The notes under the pieces were generated by a model. The model did not search any database and was not told where the DNA came from. It worked only from the letters and a program-made list of their open reading frames with translations. A stretch of DNA of 64,000 bases, taken from the NCBI GenBank assembly GCA_965218435.1, contig CBDCKW010000009.1, positions 1,984,001 through 2,048,000 on the forward strand, written 5' to 3'. Position numbers and translations under genes: made by a program. Below are positions 9,951 through 18,781 of this stretch, one piece after another (within the stretch, counting starts at the first letter, position 1; each line of letters opens with the position of its first letter). The DNA is from Truepera sp. Lineage in GTDB: Bacteria > Deinococcota > Deinococci > Deinococcales > Trueperaceae.

Positions 9951-10541
9951 TTAGACCAGCTGAAACCCAAAACTCTGCGCCAACTCAACCACATTCGGCA
10001 CACTGAGGCCCATTACATTGAAGTAGCACCCCCGCACCTCGCGCACTAGCGCCGACCCATAGCCCTGAATCGCATATCCCCCGGCCTTATCGAGCCCTTC
10101 GCCGGTTTCAACGTAACGTTCAATCTCACCTTCGGAGAGTTTGCGAAAACGCACGGCGGTTTGCACTACCCTATCGGCGCGTTTGTCGCCAAGGACAAAG
10201 GTGTGACCGGTAAAGACCGCGTGGGTGTGCCCCGAGAGGCGCGTGATGAACTCGAGGTTCTCCTCTTTACTCTCAGGCTTGCCCATAATTTCATCACGGT
10301 AAACGACTACGGTATCAGCCGCGAGAACGAGCGCGTCCGGGTAGGTTTGAGCTACGGCGTCCGCTTTGGCGGTGCTGAGGCGGCGCACGAGGTCAAAGGG
10401 ATTGTCCTGAGTCGTAAAGCTTTCGTCAACGTCAGCGGGGATGACCTCGAAAGTGAGATTGAGTTTGGTTAAGAGTTCGGCGCGGCGTGGAGAGGCGCTC
10501 GCTAAAATCAGGGGTGGGGTTGGAGCTTGAGAAAGTGCCAT
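9951..10541 (-). CDS. maf: Maf family nucleoside triphosphate pyrophosphatase
   Basis: LILASASPRR, AADTVV and DKAGGYAIQG. Confidence 0.93.
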   Translation of the reverse strand: MALSQAPTPPLILASASPRRAELLTKLNLTFEVIPADVDESFTTQDNPFDLVRRLSTAKADAVAQTYPDALVLAADTVVVYRDEIMGKPESKEENLEFITRLSGHTHAVFTGHTFVLGDKRADRVVQTAVRFRKLSEGEIERYVETGEGLDKAGGYAIQGYGSALVREVRGCYFNVMGLSVPNVVELAQSFGFQLV

Positions 10542-10589
10542 CTTGATAGTCTACCGGACGGCGCACAGGGCGCTTATTTTGCGTGACGC

Positions 10590-10951
10590 TTAAAGAGCCC
10601 ACGATCTTTCCACACTCCGTTTAGCAGGTAGCTGCTCCTCGCCCGCTCCTAAAACTGAAAGCCGTTTTAAAGCATTACAAGCTGTAAGCCGATATTTGCG
10701 GGCGAGGTCATCCCCTCGAGCCTATGCAACCCGTAAACCTCAAACGCATCGTTGACAACCCTTTTAACTGCCTCCGTTGCGTAGCCCTCACCCGTATGCC
10801 TTTCGGCGGTGATGCGCTCGAGGGTCTTGCGGTTGTAGTACTCGTCGCCGAAGCCCGCGATAGAGCGTTCAAAGTAAGCCCGGTTTTCCGTTTCAAACTG
10901 TCATTCAGTCACGTCGGCCCCGTCAACCGGGTGCAGCGTCATCTTAGGCAT
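10590..10951 (-). pseudogene. degraded RimJ-type GNAT acetyltransferase
   Basis: MPKMTLHPVDGADVTE*QFETENRAYFERSI...GEGYATEAVKRVVNDAFEVYGLHRLEG, then a frameshift to KNGFQF*..SYLLNGVWKD. Has in-frame stops and an apparent internal deletion; 3' end approximate. Confidence 0.7.
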
Positions 10952-11058
10952 GACTTTAGGGTAGCACCACCCTCGCACCAACTTATTGACAACTTCCCAC
11001 CCACACATCACACCCTGTAAACGACGAAAATCTACGCTCCACACCCGTATTCTGAAGT

Positions 11059-12876
11059 ATGTACCCTGACCTGAAAAGCTTCGTAACTGCGCTTGAACGG
11101 CGCGGCGAACTGCTCCGCATTTCTGAACCCGTCTCAGCAGAGCTCGAGATTACCGAAATCGCCGACCGAATGGTGAAATCAGGCGGCCCCGCGCTCTTGT
11201 TTGAAAACGTTGTCGGCAAAGATTTCCCGCTGGTCATCGGGCTTTACGGCACCCGTGAGCGGATGGCGCTGGCGCTTGGGGCACCGAGTCTGGACGCCAT
11301 CGGCGACCGTATCCGCGACCTGTTAGATGTCAAACTCGGCGGTGGCTTGTTCGGTTTAGCGTCGAACCTGCCGAAACTCAAGGAACTTGCGGCGCTGCCG
11401 CCCAAACGCGTGCGTAGCGGCCCGGTGCAAGAGGTTGTCTGGCGTGGTGACGAAGTGGATTTGACGAAGTTACCAGTGCTGAAGTGCTGGCCGGGAGACG
11501 GTGGCCCCTTCATCACCTTGCCGCTGGTGATTTCCAACGACCCTGAAACCGGCGACACCAATATCGGCATGTACCGAATGCAGGTGTACGACAAAAACAC
11601 GACCGGAATGCACTGGCAGCGGCACAAAACCGGGGCGCGGCATCTGGAACGGGCGAAAAAACTGGGTCAGAGGCTCGAGGTTGCCGTCGCCTTAGGCGGT
11701 GACCCGGCCCTGACCTACGCGGCGACCGCGCCCATCCCGCCGATTCCGAGGATCAACGAGTTTTCACTGACCGGATTTTTACGCGGCAAGTCTCTCGAGC
11801 TGACTAAAGGTGTGACGGTTGACCTCGAGGTTCCCGCCCACGCCGAGTTTGTGCTCGAGGGCTACATCGACCCGAGTGAACCGTGGCGTACCGAAGGGCC
11901 GTTCGGCGACCACACCGGCTTTTATACGCTTCAAGACCTCTATCCGGTGTTTCACGTCACCGCCGTCACGATGCGAAAAAACCCTATCTATCCGGCGACC
12001 ATCGTAGGTCGCCCACCGATGGAAGACGCGTATCTGATTGAAGCGTCCGAGCGCATTTTTCTCGTTCCCGCACAGCTTATCATGCCCGAGCTCCTCGATT
12101 ATCACCTACCGCCCGCCGGAATTGCCCACAATCTGGTCAATGTGGTTATCAAAAAAGAGTATCCAGGCCAAGCGTACAAAGTTGCCAACGGGCTGATCGG
12201 TCTCGGTCAGATGATGTTTGCCAAGGTTCTGCTCGTGACCGATGAACCGGTCAAACCGCAAGAACATCTAACCTTTTGGCGCACCGTTCTTAGAAACGCT
12301 GTACCGGGCCGCGACTCGCAGTTTGCCAAAGGGCCGATTGATGTACTCGACCACTCATCACGGTCGTGGAGTTACGGCAGCAAGCTCATCGTAGACGGCA
12401 CCGTAAAACACGATGAAGAGGGAACAAACGCCGCTTGGACACCGAACTTAGAGCGTGCTCAAGCCCACTTGCCGAGTCACCCGGACGTTAAAGGGCAGCA
12501 GCAAATTGCCGGTGGATTTTGGTTTTTAACGACGAAGAAAACGAGGGCAGGACAAGGTAAAGATTTGGCTTTGTGGGCCGCGCAGCAACCTGAAGGGGAG
12601 GGTGTAAGGCTCATCGCTGTTTTAGATGACGGAACTGACCCGACTGACTTTGAAGACGCGATTTGGACGATGCTCAACAACATCGACCCGGAACGTGATG
12701 TGCAGATTTTAGAGTGCGAACATGGACCGGTCTTTGCGGTAGATGGGACACCCAAACTCAAAGAGGAAGGCTTTAGCCGTGAGTGGCCGGAGAAGATTAC
12801 GATGAGCAGCGAAGTTAAAAAACGGGTGGACGAACGCTGGTCGGAGCTTGTCGCAGAGGCAATTCCAGCCGACTAG
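11059..12876 (+). CDS. UbiD-family decarboxylase (menaquinone/futalosine pathway type)
   Basis: GGPALLFENV, NIGMYRMQ, EGPFGDHTGFY, GLGQMMFAK and DVLDHS. Confidence 0.88.
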   Translation: MYPDLKSFVTALERRGELLRISEPVSAELEITEIADRMVKSGGPALLFENVVGKDFPLVIGLYGTRERMALALGAPSLDAIGDRIRDLLDVKLGGGLFGLASNLPKLKELAALPPKRVRSGPVQEVVWRGDEVDLTKLPVLKCWPGDGGPFITLPLVISNDPETGDTNIGMYRMQVYDKNTTGMHWQRHKTGARHLERAKKLGQRLEVAVALGGDPALTYAATAPIPPIPRINEFSLTGFLRGKSLELTKGVTVDLEVPAHAEFVLEGYIDPSEPWRTEGPFGDHTGFYTLQDLYPVFHVTAVTMRKNPIYPATIVGRPPMEDAYLIEASERIFLVPAQLIMPELLDYHLPPAGIAHNLVNVVIKKEYPGQAYKVANGLIGLGQMMFAKVLLVTDEPVKPQEHLTFWRTVLRNAVPGRDSQFAKGPIDVLDHSSRSWSYGSKLIVDGTVKHDEEGTNAAWTPNLERAQAHLPSHPDVKGQQQIAGGFWFLTTKKTRAGQGKDLALWAAQQPEGEGVRLIAVLDDGTDPTDFEDAIWTMLNNIDPERDVQILECEHGPVFAVDGTPKLKEEGFSREWPEKITMSSEVKKRVDERWSELVAEAIPAD

Positions 12877-13388
12877 ACGTATGGCTGAGAGGTTTCTTTC
12901 AGCCATGTCAATACCTGTTCAGCTACCTCATCAGGGGTCATGCCAGTATCAACGCGCCGCGCAATCATCTTACGCAGTACGTCGGCGTCCTGAAACGCTT
13001 CTTCTAAACGTTTCCCCTGCCAACCTCGCCGTTGTAGACGCTCCAGCCGGACGTTATCAGCGCAGTCTAGCAGCAACCACTCGAGCCCCTCACACCAGTC
13101 CGGCAGCACCTTCTTCGCGTAATCGCTCGGGTCAGCCGGGGTAAACAGCACCGGGATTTGATTGTTCCGAAATATAGCGTGCAGAAGGCTAAACCACAGC
13201 TCGCCATACGGTTCCCAGCTCTCCGGGGCAAAACGAATATCTTGTCCATAGAGTGCCGACGCGGGCGCGGCCAACCAGTCGATGTCAAAGAAGACAAACG
13301 GTGACTTTAACCTTAGCAGCGTCTCAACTGTCGTAGATTTTCCGGCACCGGGCGCACCTGTGACTAAGTGGAGCACATATTTTGTCAT
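12873..13388 (-). CDS. P-loop nucleotide-kinase-like protein
   Basis: N-terminal VTGAPGAGKST, FDID and RLERLQRRG lid-like motif. Confidence 0.7.
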   Translation of the reverse strand: MTKYVLHLVTGAPGAGKSTTVETLLRLKSPFVFFDIDWLAAPASALYGQDIRFAPESWEPYGELWFSLLHAIFRNNQIPVLFTPADPSDYAKKVLPDWCEGLEWLLLDCADNVRLERLQRRGWQGKRLEEAFQDADVLRKMIARRVDTGMTPDEVAEQVLTWLKETSQPYV

Positions 13389-13945
13389 GTTCCGCTACGC
13401 TGAAACCCGCTGAGCAGCGCCTCTAATCCCCGCTCAAACCCACCTTGGGGACCGCTCGAGCCAAACTGCCCACTGCGTTCCAAAAGTGCAAACCCATGTA
13501 GGTACGACCAGAATGCGACAGCGGCGGCGGTATCGTCCGGGTCTCCAGTCATAGCGCCGACAACTTTTAGCACTTCGTTCCAAAGGTCTTTAGCAGGGCC
13601 GGGTTCAGCGGTGTAGGGCTCTCGAGGACGTACCAATAGTGAATAGAGATGCGGATGAGCACGGGTGTACCCGAGGTAGCTGTACGCCGCCGCGAAAAAC
13701 GCTTCAGCTGGCCCCGGCCCTTTGACAGCGTGGCAAATCGCTTGCTGAAGTTCACGGGTGGCGTGGGTCTCGAGCGCCTTTAAGAGCGCGTCTCGTTCGG
13801 GAAAGTAGCGGTATAAGCTGCTCGGCCTTACGCCTAGCGCAGCGGCTAAGGGCCGCATACTGAGCGCGTCCGGCCCGCCTGTTTCAAAGAGGTTTAAGGC
13901 GGTAGCGAAGATCGTTTCAGCGGTCAATTTCGTGGGGTAAGGCAT
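13385..13945 (-). CDS. TetR/AcrR family regulator
   Basis: MPYPTKLTAETIFATA...LSMRPLAAALGVRPSSLYRYF HTH. The start is at 13945, not 14236. Confidence 0.9.
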   Translation of the reverse strand: MPYPTKLTAETIFATALNLFETGGPDALSMRPLAAALGVRPSSLYRYFPERDALLKALETHATRELQQAICHAVKGPGPAEAFFAAAYSYLGYTRAHPHLYSLLVRPREPYTAEPGPAKDLWNEVLKVVGAMTGDPDDTAAAVAFWSYLHGFALLERSGQFGSSGPQGGFERGLEALLSGFQRSGT

Positions 13946-13947
13946 CT

Positions 13948-14018
13948 CGAACAGTGTACGTCTTGACGAGCTACAGTGCAAGGTGTACAGTGTTCGTGTT
14001 GAGAGCGTACAGCGTACG
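13948..14018. promoter_or_regulatory. three TetR-type operator copies overlapping a sigma70 promoter
   Basis: CGAACAGTGTACG (13948), TGTACAGTGTTCG (13984), CGTACAGCGTACG (14006); TTGACG-17-TACAGT on the + strand. Confidence 0.65.
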
Positions 14019-14035
14019 CCTTTAAGGAGAAGACG

Positions 14036-14743
14036 ATGAATCTGAAACAGCATAGCCCTCACCTCTACCGCCTCGTCCGCTACGGCCTCATTAACGTCTA
14101 TCTGGTGCTCGAGGACGACGGCCTCACTGTTGTTGATACCGCTGTCTCCGGCACTGAAGCGCATATTGCTAAGGCCGTTGAGAAACTCGGGCAACCCGTC
14201 CGCCGCATCTTGCTGACGCACGCCCACCTTGACCACGTTGGCAGTTTGGACGCACTACACGCGCTTTATCCAGACGCCGAAGTTATCATCAGCGCCCGCG
14301 ACGCACGGTTTTTGGCGGGCGACATGTCGCTTGATGAGCGTGAACCGCAGGTCAAGCTGCGCGGCGGCTTTCCTACTGTGCAAACCCGTCCGACACGGTT
14401 ATTAGAGGACGGTGATGCTATCGGCAGTTTGCGTGCGGTCGCGTCACCCGGACACACGCCGGGGCATATGAGCTTTTGGGACACGCGGGACGGAACCTTG
14501 ATCGCTGGCGACGCCTTTCAGACGCAGGCGGGGCTCGCCGTGGCCGGACAGCTGCGGCTACTCTTTCCCCTACCCGCACTGGCTACGTGGCACAAACCGA
14601 CAGCACTGAGGAGCGCCCGTAAACTTACGGCTTTGGAACCCAAGCTTCTAGCAGTTGGTCATGGGAAAGTGCTCGAGAACCCCGCAGCCGCGATGCGCCA
14701 TATTACGGAGAAGTTCGCACGGCATTTAGAAAGTAGCCGCTGA
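14036..14743 (+). CDS. MBL-fold metallo-hydrolase
   Basis: THAHLDHVG, PGHTPGH, AGDA and GHG motifs. Confidence 0.9.
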   Translation: MNLKQHSPHLYRLVRYGLINVYLVLEDDGLTVVDTAVSGTEAHIAKAVEKLGQPVRRILLTHAHLDHVGSLDALHALYPDAEVIISARDARFLAGDMSLDEREPQVKLRGGFPTVQTRPTRLLEDGDAIGSLRAVASPGHTPGHMSFWDTRDGTLIAGDAFQTQAGLAVAGQLRLLFPLPALATWHKPTALRSARKLTALEPKLLAVGHGKVLENPAAAMRHITEKFARHLESSR

Positions 14744-15111
14744 TGCTTGCGCTTGCCCTGATTGCAGCGTTTGGCCTCGAGCTTGTGACCCTCGTCGCCT
14801 TTGGTCTCTGGGGCGTTTATTTCGGTCAGGATTTTTTAACGCGTTTTCTCTTGGGTGGGGGTGCGCCGCTCTTGGTTGCTGTCTTTTGGGGCACATTTCT
14901 CTCACCCAAAGCTGCGGTTCAGCTCTCTCCCCTACTCCAATCAGCCCTAAAGCTCGTCATTTTTGCGCTTGCGACAGCGGCGCTGATTGCCACCAGATAT
15001 GTCGTTTTAGGCGTAGCGTTCGGCAGCTTGGCCGTTACCGTGACGTTTGGACTGTACAGCTTAAGGTCTCAACTTGGGGCGTTTGGCAGCCCGCGACACC
15101 CCAGAACGTAA
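14743..15111 (+). CDS. YrdB/DUF2568-like membrane protein
   Basis: AFGLEL...FWGTFLSPKA, 4 hydrophobic segments, coupled to the MBL gene. Confidence 0.7.
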   Translation: MLALALIAAFGLELVTLVAFGLWGVYFGQDFLTRFLLGGGAPLLVAVFWGTFLSPKAAVQLSPLLQSALKLVIFALATAALIATRYVVLGVAFGSLAVTVTFGLYSLRSQLGAFGSPRHPRT

Positions 15112-15138
15112 GTAACCCAGCTTGCGCTACACTGAGCT

Positions 15139-15546
15139 GTGCTGCTCGACTCCGACGAATATCACCGCTGGTTAGGACAAGCTGAGCATACGCTTGCGTC
15201 GGCACAGCGGGACACAGCTGAAGGTGATTTCGATTGGGCGTGTTTTAAGGCGCAGCAGGCTGGGGAATACGCACTCAAGGCGCTTTTACGCGGCCTCAGC
15301 AGACCCGCTTACGGTCATTCTCTAACCCGGTTACTCACCCAGCTAGGTGAGGCGGGGCTCACACTAGACCCTGAAATCACACGAGCAGGACAGCTTTTAG
15401 ACCGTCACTACATTCCCACACGCTATCCCGACGCCTACGCTGAAGGCAGCCCCCACGAGTTTTACGACGACCAAACCTCTAAGGAGGCGCAAAATGCAGC
15501 CGCTCGCATCGTCAGCTGGGTACAAGGCGCTTCTCAGAGAGCGTAA
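15139..15546 (+). CDS. HEPN domain protein
   Basis: WACFKAQQAGEYALKA, GHSL and LDRHYIPTRYPD. Confidence 0.85.
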   Translation: MLLDSDEYHRWLGQAEHTLASAQRDTAEGDFDWACFKAQQAGEYALKALLRGLSRPAYGHSLTRLLTQLGEAGLTLDPEITRAGQLLDRHYIPTRYPDAYAEGSPHEFYDDQTSKEAQNAAARIVSWVQGASQRA

Positions 15547-15844
15547 AGAGGAGCAAGAGGCGCTGATTGACGAGGCTCACGCCTACGCCGCGCGGCTACG
15601 CCGCGATTTTCCGCCCGCCCGTGTCTTTCTCTACGGTTCGGTCTCCAGAGGTGACTTCAACCTTCACAGCGATATTGACCTGCTCGTCGTGGCAGAGTTG
15701 CCGGAACATCCGCTGGTTAGGGCCGAGGTTTTGTACCATTATGTTCGGGGGCGCGAAGAACCCAAAGGGTTGACTTTTAGTGAATTCGACAAGCTGATAG
15801 CTGCAAGGAAGCTCGAGTATTTAGCGGGCGCACTCGAGCTTTAG
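15494..15844 (+). CDS. minimal nucleotidyltransferase (MNT)
   Basis: LYGSVSRGDFNLHSDIDLLVV (GS..DxD). Confidence 0.87.
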   Translation: MQPLASSAGYKALLRERKEEQEALIDEAHAYAARLRRDFPPARVFLYGSVSRGDFNLHSDIDLLVVAELPEHPLVRAEVLYHYVRGREEPKGLTFSEFDKLIAARKLEYLAGALEL

Positions 15845-16491
15845 AGGAGTGACACCGCTGCTAGCACGCCGAGCTTAGGGCTACTCAGTACCGGTTTTTT
15901 AGTTTTTACCAACGCCTCAGCCCCTGCCATGGACGCTTGCGCCAAGGCCACCACGTCGCCTTGCGCCGCTACAGTGTCTACGTGCGCCGCGATAGCCCGT
16001 AGATAAGCGGTTTCGTCGCCGCGTTCAAACCATCCCCAAGCATCAGCCGCGTGAGACAAGGTGAACGTCACCGCCTTGCCGGTACACGCCGCTTCGTTTT
16101 CAAAAAGTTCTCGAGTCGGCTCCAGCGTGCTCGCCAGCGCCGCCACGATTACGACGTGCGAACCCTGTAGGGCGGCAGCTTGGGCAAGGGGCCGGTCAAT
16201 CCGCACGACCGGTTGTGACAACGTCTCCCCCAATGTTTCAGCGTGCGCGCCGAACGTCGAGCAGGTACAGAGCACTACGTCGGTCGAGGCTGCAAAGTCT
16301 GTAAAAGACGTAGCAAACTTTTCAGCTAAGGTTGCGTCAACGCCACCTTGGGCTCGAGCCTCCGCCAACAGGTCTTCGCAGACGATATGCTCAGCTTGGG
16401 CTTCGGGGGCCAACTCACGCAGCAGCGACGCAAACCTCGGCACATGCGACGCTGCAGTATGAAATAAACCTAACGTCTTTTTAATGCTCAC
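15841..16491 (-). CDS. Asp/Glu/hydantoin racemase-like protein
   Basis: LFHT, VLCTCST, VVRID, LAQASMA and PVLSSP. Confidence 0.7.
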   Translation of the reverse strand: MSIKKTLGLFHTAASHVPRFASLLRELAPEAQAEHIVCEDLLAEARAQGGVDATLAEKFATSFTDFAASTDVVLCTCSTFGAHAETLGETLSQPVVRIDRPLAQAAALQGSHVVIVAALASTLEPTRELFENEAACTGKAVTFTLSHAADAWGWFERGDETAYLRAIAAHVDTVAAQGDVVALAQASMAGAEALVKTKKPVLSSPKLGVLAAVSLL

Positions 16492-16678
16492 CAGGGGGCG
16501 GCACGCTGTCCCCTTCGGTGCCGCCCCACTCCTCTTCGTTGGCTACATCTTGCTTGTAGCTCTCCCAGGCGCGCTCACGGTAGTCGGCCTCGTCGCCACC
16601 TTCTAACTTGATCCCGGTACGCTCTTCAATCTCGTCTAGGGGCAGTTCAAAAAATGCTTCACGGCTCATCGCTTCCAT
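16481..16678 (-). CDS. small acidic hypothetical protein
   Basis: GAGGAG RBS; overlaps the downstream gene start. Confidence 0.6.
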   Translation of the reverse strand: MEAMSREAFFELPLDEIEERTGIKLEGGDEADYRERAWESYKQDVANEEEWGGTEGDSVPPPGEH

Positions 16679-16767
16679 ACTGACTCCTCAAGGTTTAAGT
16701 GTCTTTAAGTTTATGCCATATCACCGCCTGACGTTTGAAGTGTAACTTGAAGTGTGTGAAATGCAGG

Positions 16768-17577
16768 CTAACGGCGCGGCAATAGGGCGGCGGCGACGAA
16801 CAGCGCCGCTTGCGTCAAGATGATGGTGCTGCCGGAGGGAACCTCGAGAAAAAACGACGCCACGAGCCCAACGACGGTGCTCAACATTCCAAAGACGACG
16901 CTCAGCAGCGTCATCTGAAAGAGCGACCGAGAAACGAGCCGTGCCGCCGCTGCTGGAATCACCAGATACGCCGCAATCAAGATCGCCCCGACGACCCGTA
17001 CCGACACGACGATGACCACGGCGGCGAGCGCAAAGAGCAGATATTCCAACCGCCGCGTTTTGACGCCGTCGGTCTGCGCGAGTTCGGCGTCGAAGGTCGC
17101 GTAGGCGAGGCGTCCCCAGAGCGCCCCCAAGAGCCCCAAACCGAGCGGCGTAACGCCCGCGATAATCAGGAGTTCCTGATGGCCGATCCCTAAAATCGAA
17201 CCAAATAAGAGGTTCCAGGCGTCTACGCTGTAATCGGTCTCGAGGCTGATAAAAATCACACCCAGCGCGACCGCCACCGCAAAAAAGATACCGATCGCCG
17301 TATCTGACGAAAGCTGCGTCCGGTCACGAACCCAGGCGATGCCTAAAGACGTTAGAAGCGTAAACGGTAGCGCCACCCAGAGCGGTTGGCTCACCCCGAC
17401 GAGTAAGCCGAGCGCCACCCCGCCGAACGCCGCGTGCGCGAGTCCGTCCCCTAAAAACGACAGGCCGCGCTGCACCACAAACACACCCAGTACCGAACTC
17501 ATCAAGGCGACGAGTAAACCGGCCAAGAGTGCCCGCTGCATAAAAGGCAGCTGAAAAATGCTCCATAGTTCGGCCAT
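16768..17577 (-). CDS. Zn/Mn ABC transporter permease (ZnuB-like)
   Basis: GDGLAHAAFGG, LFGSIL, FDAELA and IPAAAA. ATG at 17577. Confidence 0.92.
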   Translation of the reverse strand: MAELWSIFQLPFMQRALLAGLLVALMSSVLGVFVVQRGLSFLGDGLAHAAFGGVALGLLVGVSQPLWVALPFTLLTSLGIAWVRDRTQLSSDTAIGIFFAVAVALGVIFISLETDYSVDAWNLLFGSILGIGHQELLIIAGVTPLGLGLLGALWGRLAYATFDAELAQTDGVKTRRLEYLLFALAAVVIVVSVRVVGAILIAAYLVIPAAAARLVSRSLFQMTLLSVVFGMLSTVVGLVASFFLEVPSGSTIILTQAALFVAAALLPRR

Positions 17578-17579
17578 TT

Positions 17580-18314
17580 TTAGACGGCAAGCCCGTGACT
17601 GTGCCCGAGGTGACCGAACGCTCGTTGCAGGCAATCTTCACAGAGCACCTCAGCGGGCAGGCCGAAACCGTGTAAGCGCCGGTTGAGCACCGCCACGTGT
17701 GACGAGTGGTAACGCGCCGCCGTGAGGTCGTGGGTAATCATCGCTACCGTCGCGCCACTTTTGGCCTGATACGTTTCCAGCAGGTCGTAAAGATCATGTT
17801 CAGCTAAAAAGTCCACCCCGGTCGCTGGTTCGTCGAGCAAAACGAGCGCCGGACGGCGCACGAGGGCACGGGCTAAAAACGCCCGTTGCAACTCGCCACC
17901 GGAAAGCTTAGCGAGGGTCCTGGCCGCCAACTTCTCTGCGCCCACCTCCGCGAGCGTGCGCCGCGCCGCGTCCCGCTCAGGCGGGCGCACACGCGCGGGC
18001 CAGCTCCGGCGCAACCCCGAGACGACGAGCTCTAGCACCGTCGCCGGAAACGTCCGGTCAAAGGTTTTAAGCTGCGGCACATAACCGATCCGTTCCGGGT
18101 GCCGCCCAGCGTCCTCACCAAAGAGGGCCACGTGTCCCTTAAGCGGCGTCACGAGCCCCAACGCGACCTTCATCAGCGTTGATTTACCCGCTCCGTTCGG
18201 CCCCACAATTGCTAAAAACTCACCGGCCGCGAGGTCAAACGACACATCGTGTAAAACTTCAGCTTCACCGAAACGGACGCTGACGTGGTGGAAGTGCAGA
18301 GCGGGCGGGGTCAC
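17580..18314 (-). CDS. Zn/Mn ABC transporter ATPase (ZnuC-like)
   Basis: GPNGAGKST, IGYVPQ, LSGGELQR, LDEP and a His-rich tail. Confidence 0.92.
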   Translation of the reverse strand: MTPPALHFHHVSVRFGEAEVLHDVSFDLAAGEFLAIVGPNGAGKSTLMKVALGLVTPLKGHVALFGEDAGRHPERIGYVPQLKTFDRTFPATVLELVVSGLRRSWPARVRPPERDAARRTLAEVGAEKLAARTLAKLSGGELQRAFLARALVRRPALVLLDEPATGVDFLAEHDLYDLLETYQAKSGATVAMITHDLTAARYHSSHVAVLNRRLHGFGLPAEVLCEDCLQRAFGHLGHSHGLAV

Positions 18315-18472
18315 AACTCGTCAGCTTGCGCCGGAATGGGTGAGCGGGTTGCACGGGTTGTGCTACGCCTCGAGACAACTGCCACTGAGACAACTGCCAC
18401 TGAGACAACTGCCACTGAGACAACTACCGCACCAGCAGGCAATAAAAGACGAATAATACGGAAGCGTTTCAA
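18311..18472 (-). CDS. 53-aa signal-peptide-like ORF coupled to the znuC-like gene (possible binding-protein remnant)
   Basis: AGGAG RBS and TTG start: MKRFRIIRLLLPAGAVVVSVAVVSVAVVSVAVVSRRSTTRATRSPIPAQADEL; its TGA overlaps the GTG of the ATPase. Confidence 0.45.
   Translation of the reverse strand: MKRFRIIRLLLPAGAVVVSVAVVSVAVVSVAVVSRRSTTRATRSPIPAQADEL
18372..18425. repeat. 15-bp tandem repeat, ~3.6 copies (GAGACAACTGCCACT)
   Basis: Directly visible. Confidence 0.95.
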
Positions 18473-18495
18473 GGGCCGAACTCCTCTAAAAAATC

Positions 18496-18549
18496 TTGAG
18501 AAGCAATTCTCAACAGAGCAGACTAAGGCACGAGACCGGGCCTTGTCAA
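18496..18549 (-). promoter_or_regulatory. promoter plus Fur/Zur-like palindrome for the metal ABC operon
   Basis: TTGACA-18-TAGTCT on the - strand, then TTGAGAA-N4-TTCTCAA (18496-18513) at the predicted start site. Confidence 0.65.
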
Positions 18550-18781
18550 CGTTACTCCTGCCACGGGAAACCCGCAGGTGCAGCTCGAGCCCTTCTTTAG
18601 CAACACCGTCGCTGCTTCAACCGAGTTGTATGGATGGTTGATTTTGTTGTTCTGCTCTAAGTACGTGTGGGACGCTGGTTTCGTCGTCTAGCTAGCGCCT
18701 TCCTACTCTTTACTGCTTGATTCTTGCTTTTGTACTCTACGCTGCCAACAACGCTCGCTAAGCTTAAAAGCTCAGCAGCAC

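Noticed and set aside
13946..14236. Long N-terminal extension of TetR in the ORF track
   Set aside because: It overlaps the divergent MBL gene and the operators; the HTH begins right after ATG 13945
18372..18425. CRISPR array
   Set aside because: Contiguous tandem repeat without spacers; no cas genes in the window
18285..18641. + strand ORF with TETTA repeats
   Set aside because: Antisense product of the 15-bp repeat; promoter, RBS and coupling all favour the - strand
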